Assembly (NCBI GenBank): GCA_903842085.1
Contig: CAIMLA010000043.1
Span: 1,563-65,562, forward strand
DNA length: 64,000 bases
Direction: 5' to 3'
From: an uncultured bacterium
GTDB lineage: Bacteria > Patescibacteriota > CPR2 > UBA1875 > CAIMLA01
In this document: in pieces, positions 63,486 to 64,000 of the stretch
Layout: each line of letters begins with the position of its first letter
How positions within the stretch are numbered: position 1 is the first letter of the stretch
Notes under the pieces: model-generated
The model's input: the letters and a program-made list of their open reading frames with translations, nothing else
Database searches by the model: none
What the model was told of the DNA's origin: nothing
Program-made: the position numbers and the translations under genes

Positions 63486-64000
63486 ATGGATAATATATCA
63501 GGAAGTGTAAATTCATCAGAATCAATGCCTGGGCTTGAACCGACCCTGCCTGGACAAGATGAAAAAGACTTGCGAATAGGAGAAGGCATAGAAGATTCAG
63601 AAAAAACGCTTATGGATTATGGGCAAAACAATAACCCTGAAGATCCCTCTTATTTAACGAGGCTAGGCATTGAACTAGTAAATGGCGATGATCCAGAAAA
63701 TGCAGATTATAGATTAAGTAAACCTACTTCCAAATGCGAAATGTCTTTGGTCATAGCCGCAAAGGATGAGGAAGAGAGAATTGGTCCAATGCTTGAATCT
63801 CTCTCTATCCAAGAAGGTTTAGCTGATAACCTCGATAGTTTTGAAGTGATTATTATTGTAAATAATTGTACTGATTCGACTATAGAGGCAGCTCAGTTAA
63901 AAATAGAAGAAATAAATAAAAAGCTTGGAGATGAGGGCCGAACGGATAGACTGCAGGTACACTTGATTGATGTTAAGTTTAAAGACGGTGAAGGAGGCGT
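63486..64000 (+). CDS. Family 2 glycosyltransferase, 3'-partial (runs off the window; not in the ORF track)
   Basis: Hand translation from ATG 63486 has no stop before the window end. After an acidic leader of about 85 aa it reads MSLVIAAKDEEERIGPMLESLSIQ...FEVIIIVNNCTDST, a typical GT2 N-terminal pattern. Confidence 0.65.
   Translation, partial: MDNISGSVNSSESMPGLEPTLPGQDEKDLRIGEGIEDSEKTLMDYGQNNNPEDPSYLTRLGIELVNGDDPENADYRLSKPTSKCEMSLVIAAKDEEERIGPMLESLSIQEGLADNLDSFEVIIIVNNCTDSTIEAAQLKIEEINKKLGDEGRTDRLQVHLIDVKFKDGEGG

Overview
The window is a low-GC (about 40% by eye), tightly packed, mostly plus-strand housekeeping region of a streamlined bacterium. Gene content and many small membrane-anchored hypotheticals are consistent with Patescibacteria/CPR, but that is inference only. 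Recognised genes, in order: rnc (5' partial), smc, rpsP, a KH-domain protein, trmD, a 59-aa ferredoxin missing from the ORF track, uvrB, an orphan RsbW-like ATPase, uvrA, uvrC, yvcK-like, secG, a family-5 substrate-binding protein, and a six-tRNA operon on the minus strand. Then come a LysM protein, lemA, htpX, ligA, gatC, gatA, a cyclophilin, a small membrane protein, gatB, an MscS-like protein, dnaE, rplS, rnhB, nusA, clpC, a PIN/TRAM protein and murB. After those are PBP1A (minus strand), tyrS, recG, tRNA-Leu, trxA, tig, clpP, rpoB, rpoC, rpsL, rpsG, fusA, tuf and rpsJ, followed by an odd beta-rich ORF and a 3'-partial GT2 glycosyltransferase. Several consensus sigma70-type promoters and hairpin terminators are visible. 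No CRISPR array, rRNA, transposase or integrase was seen. The standout anomaly is the murB/PBP1A intergenic region (38.9-40.2 kb). It holds a single GC3-rich gene of about 59% GC with its own AAGGAG RBS and a GC-rich downstream hairpin, bracketed by perfect 15-bp inverted repeats. Next to it lies about 440 nt of structured low-GC non-coding DNA. The encoded 181-aa protein has an unrecognised N-terminal domain and a Lys/Ala/Pro/Arg-rich tail. The second anomaly is the str/S10 ribosomal cluster, which stops after rpsJ and continues into a start-less tail-fibre-like ORF instead of rplC. All family assignments come from motif recognition by eye; no searches were run.
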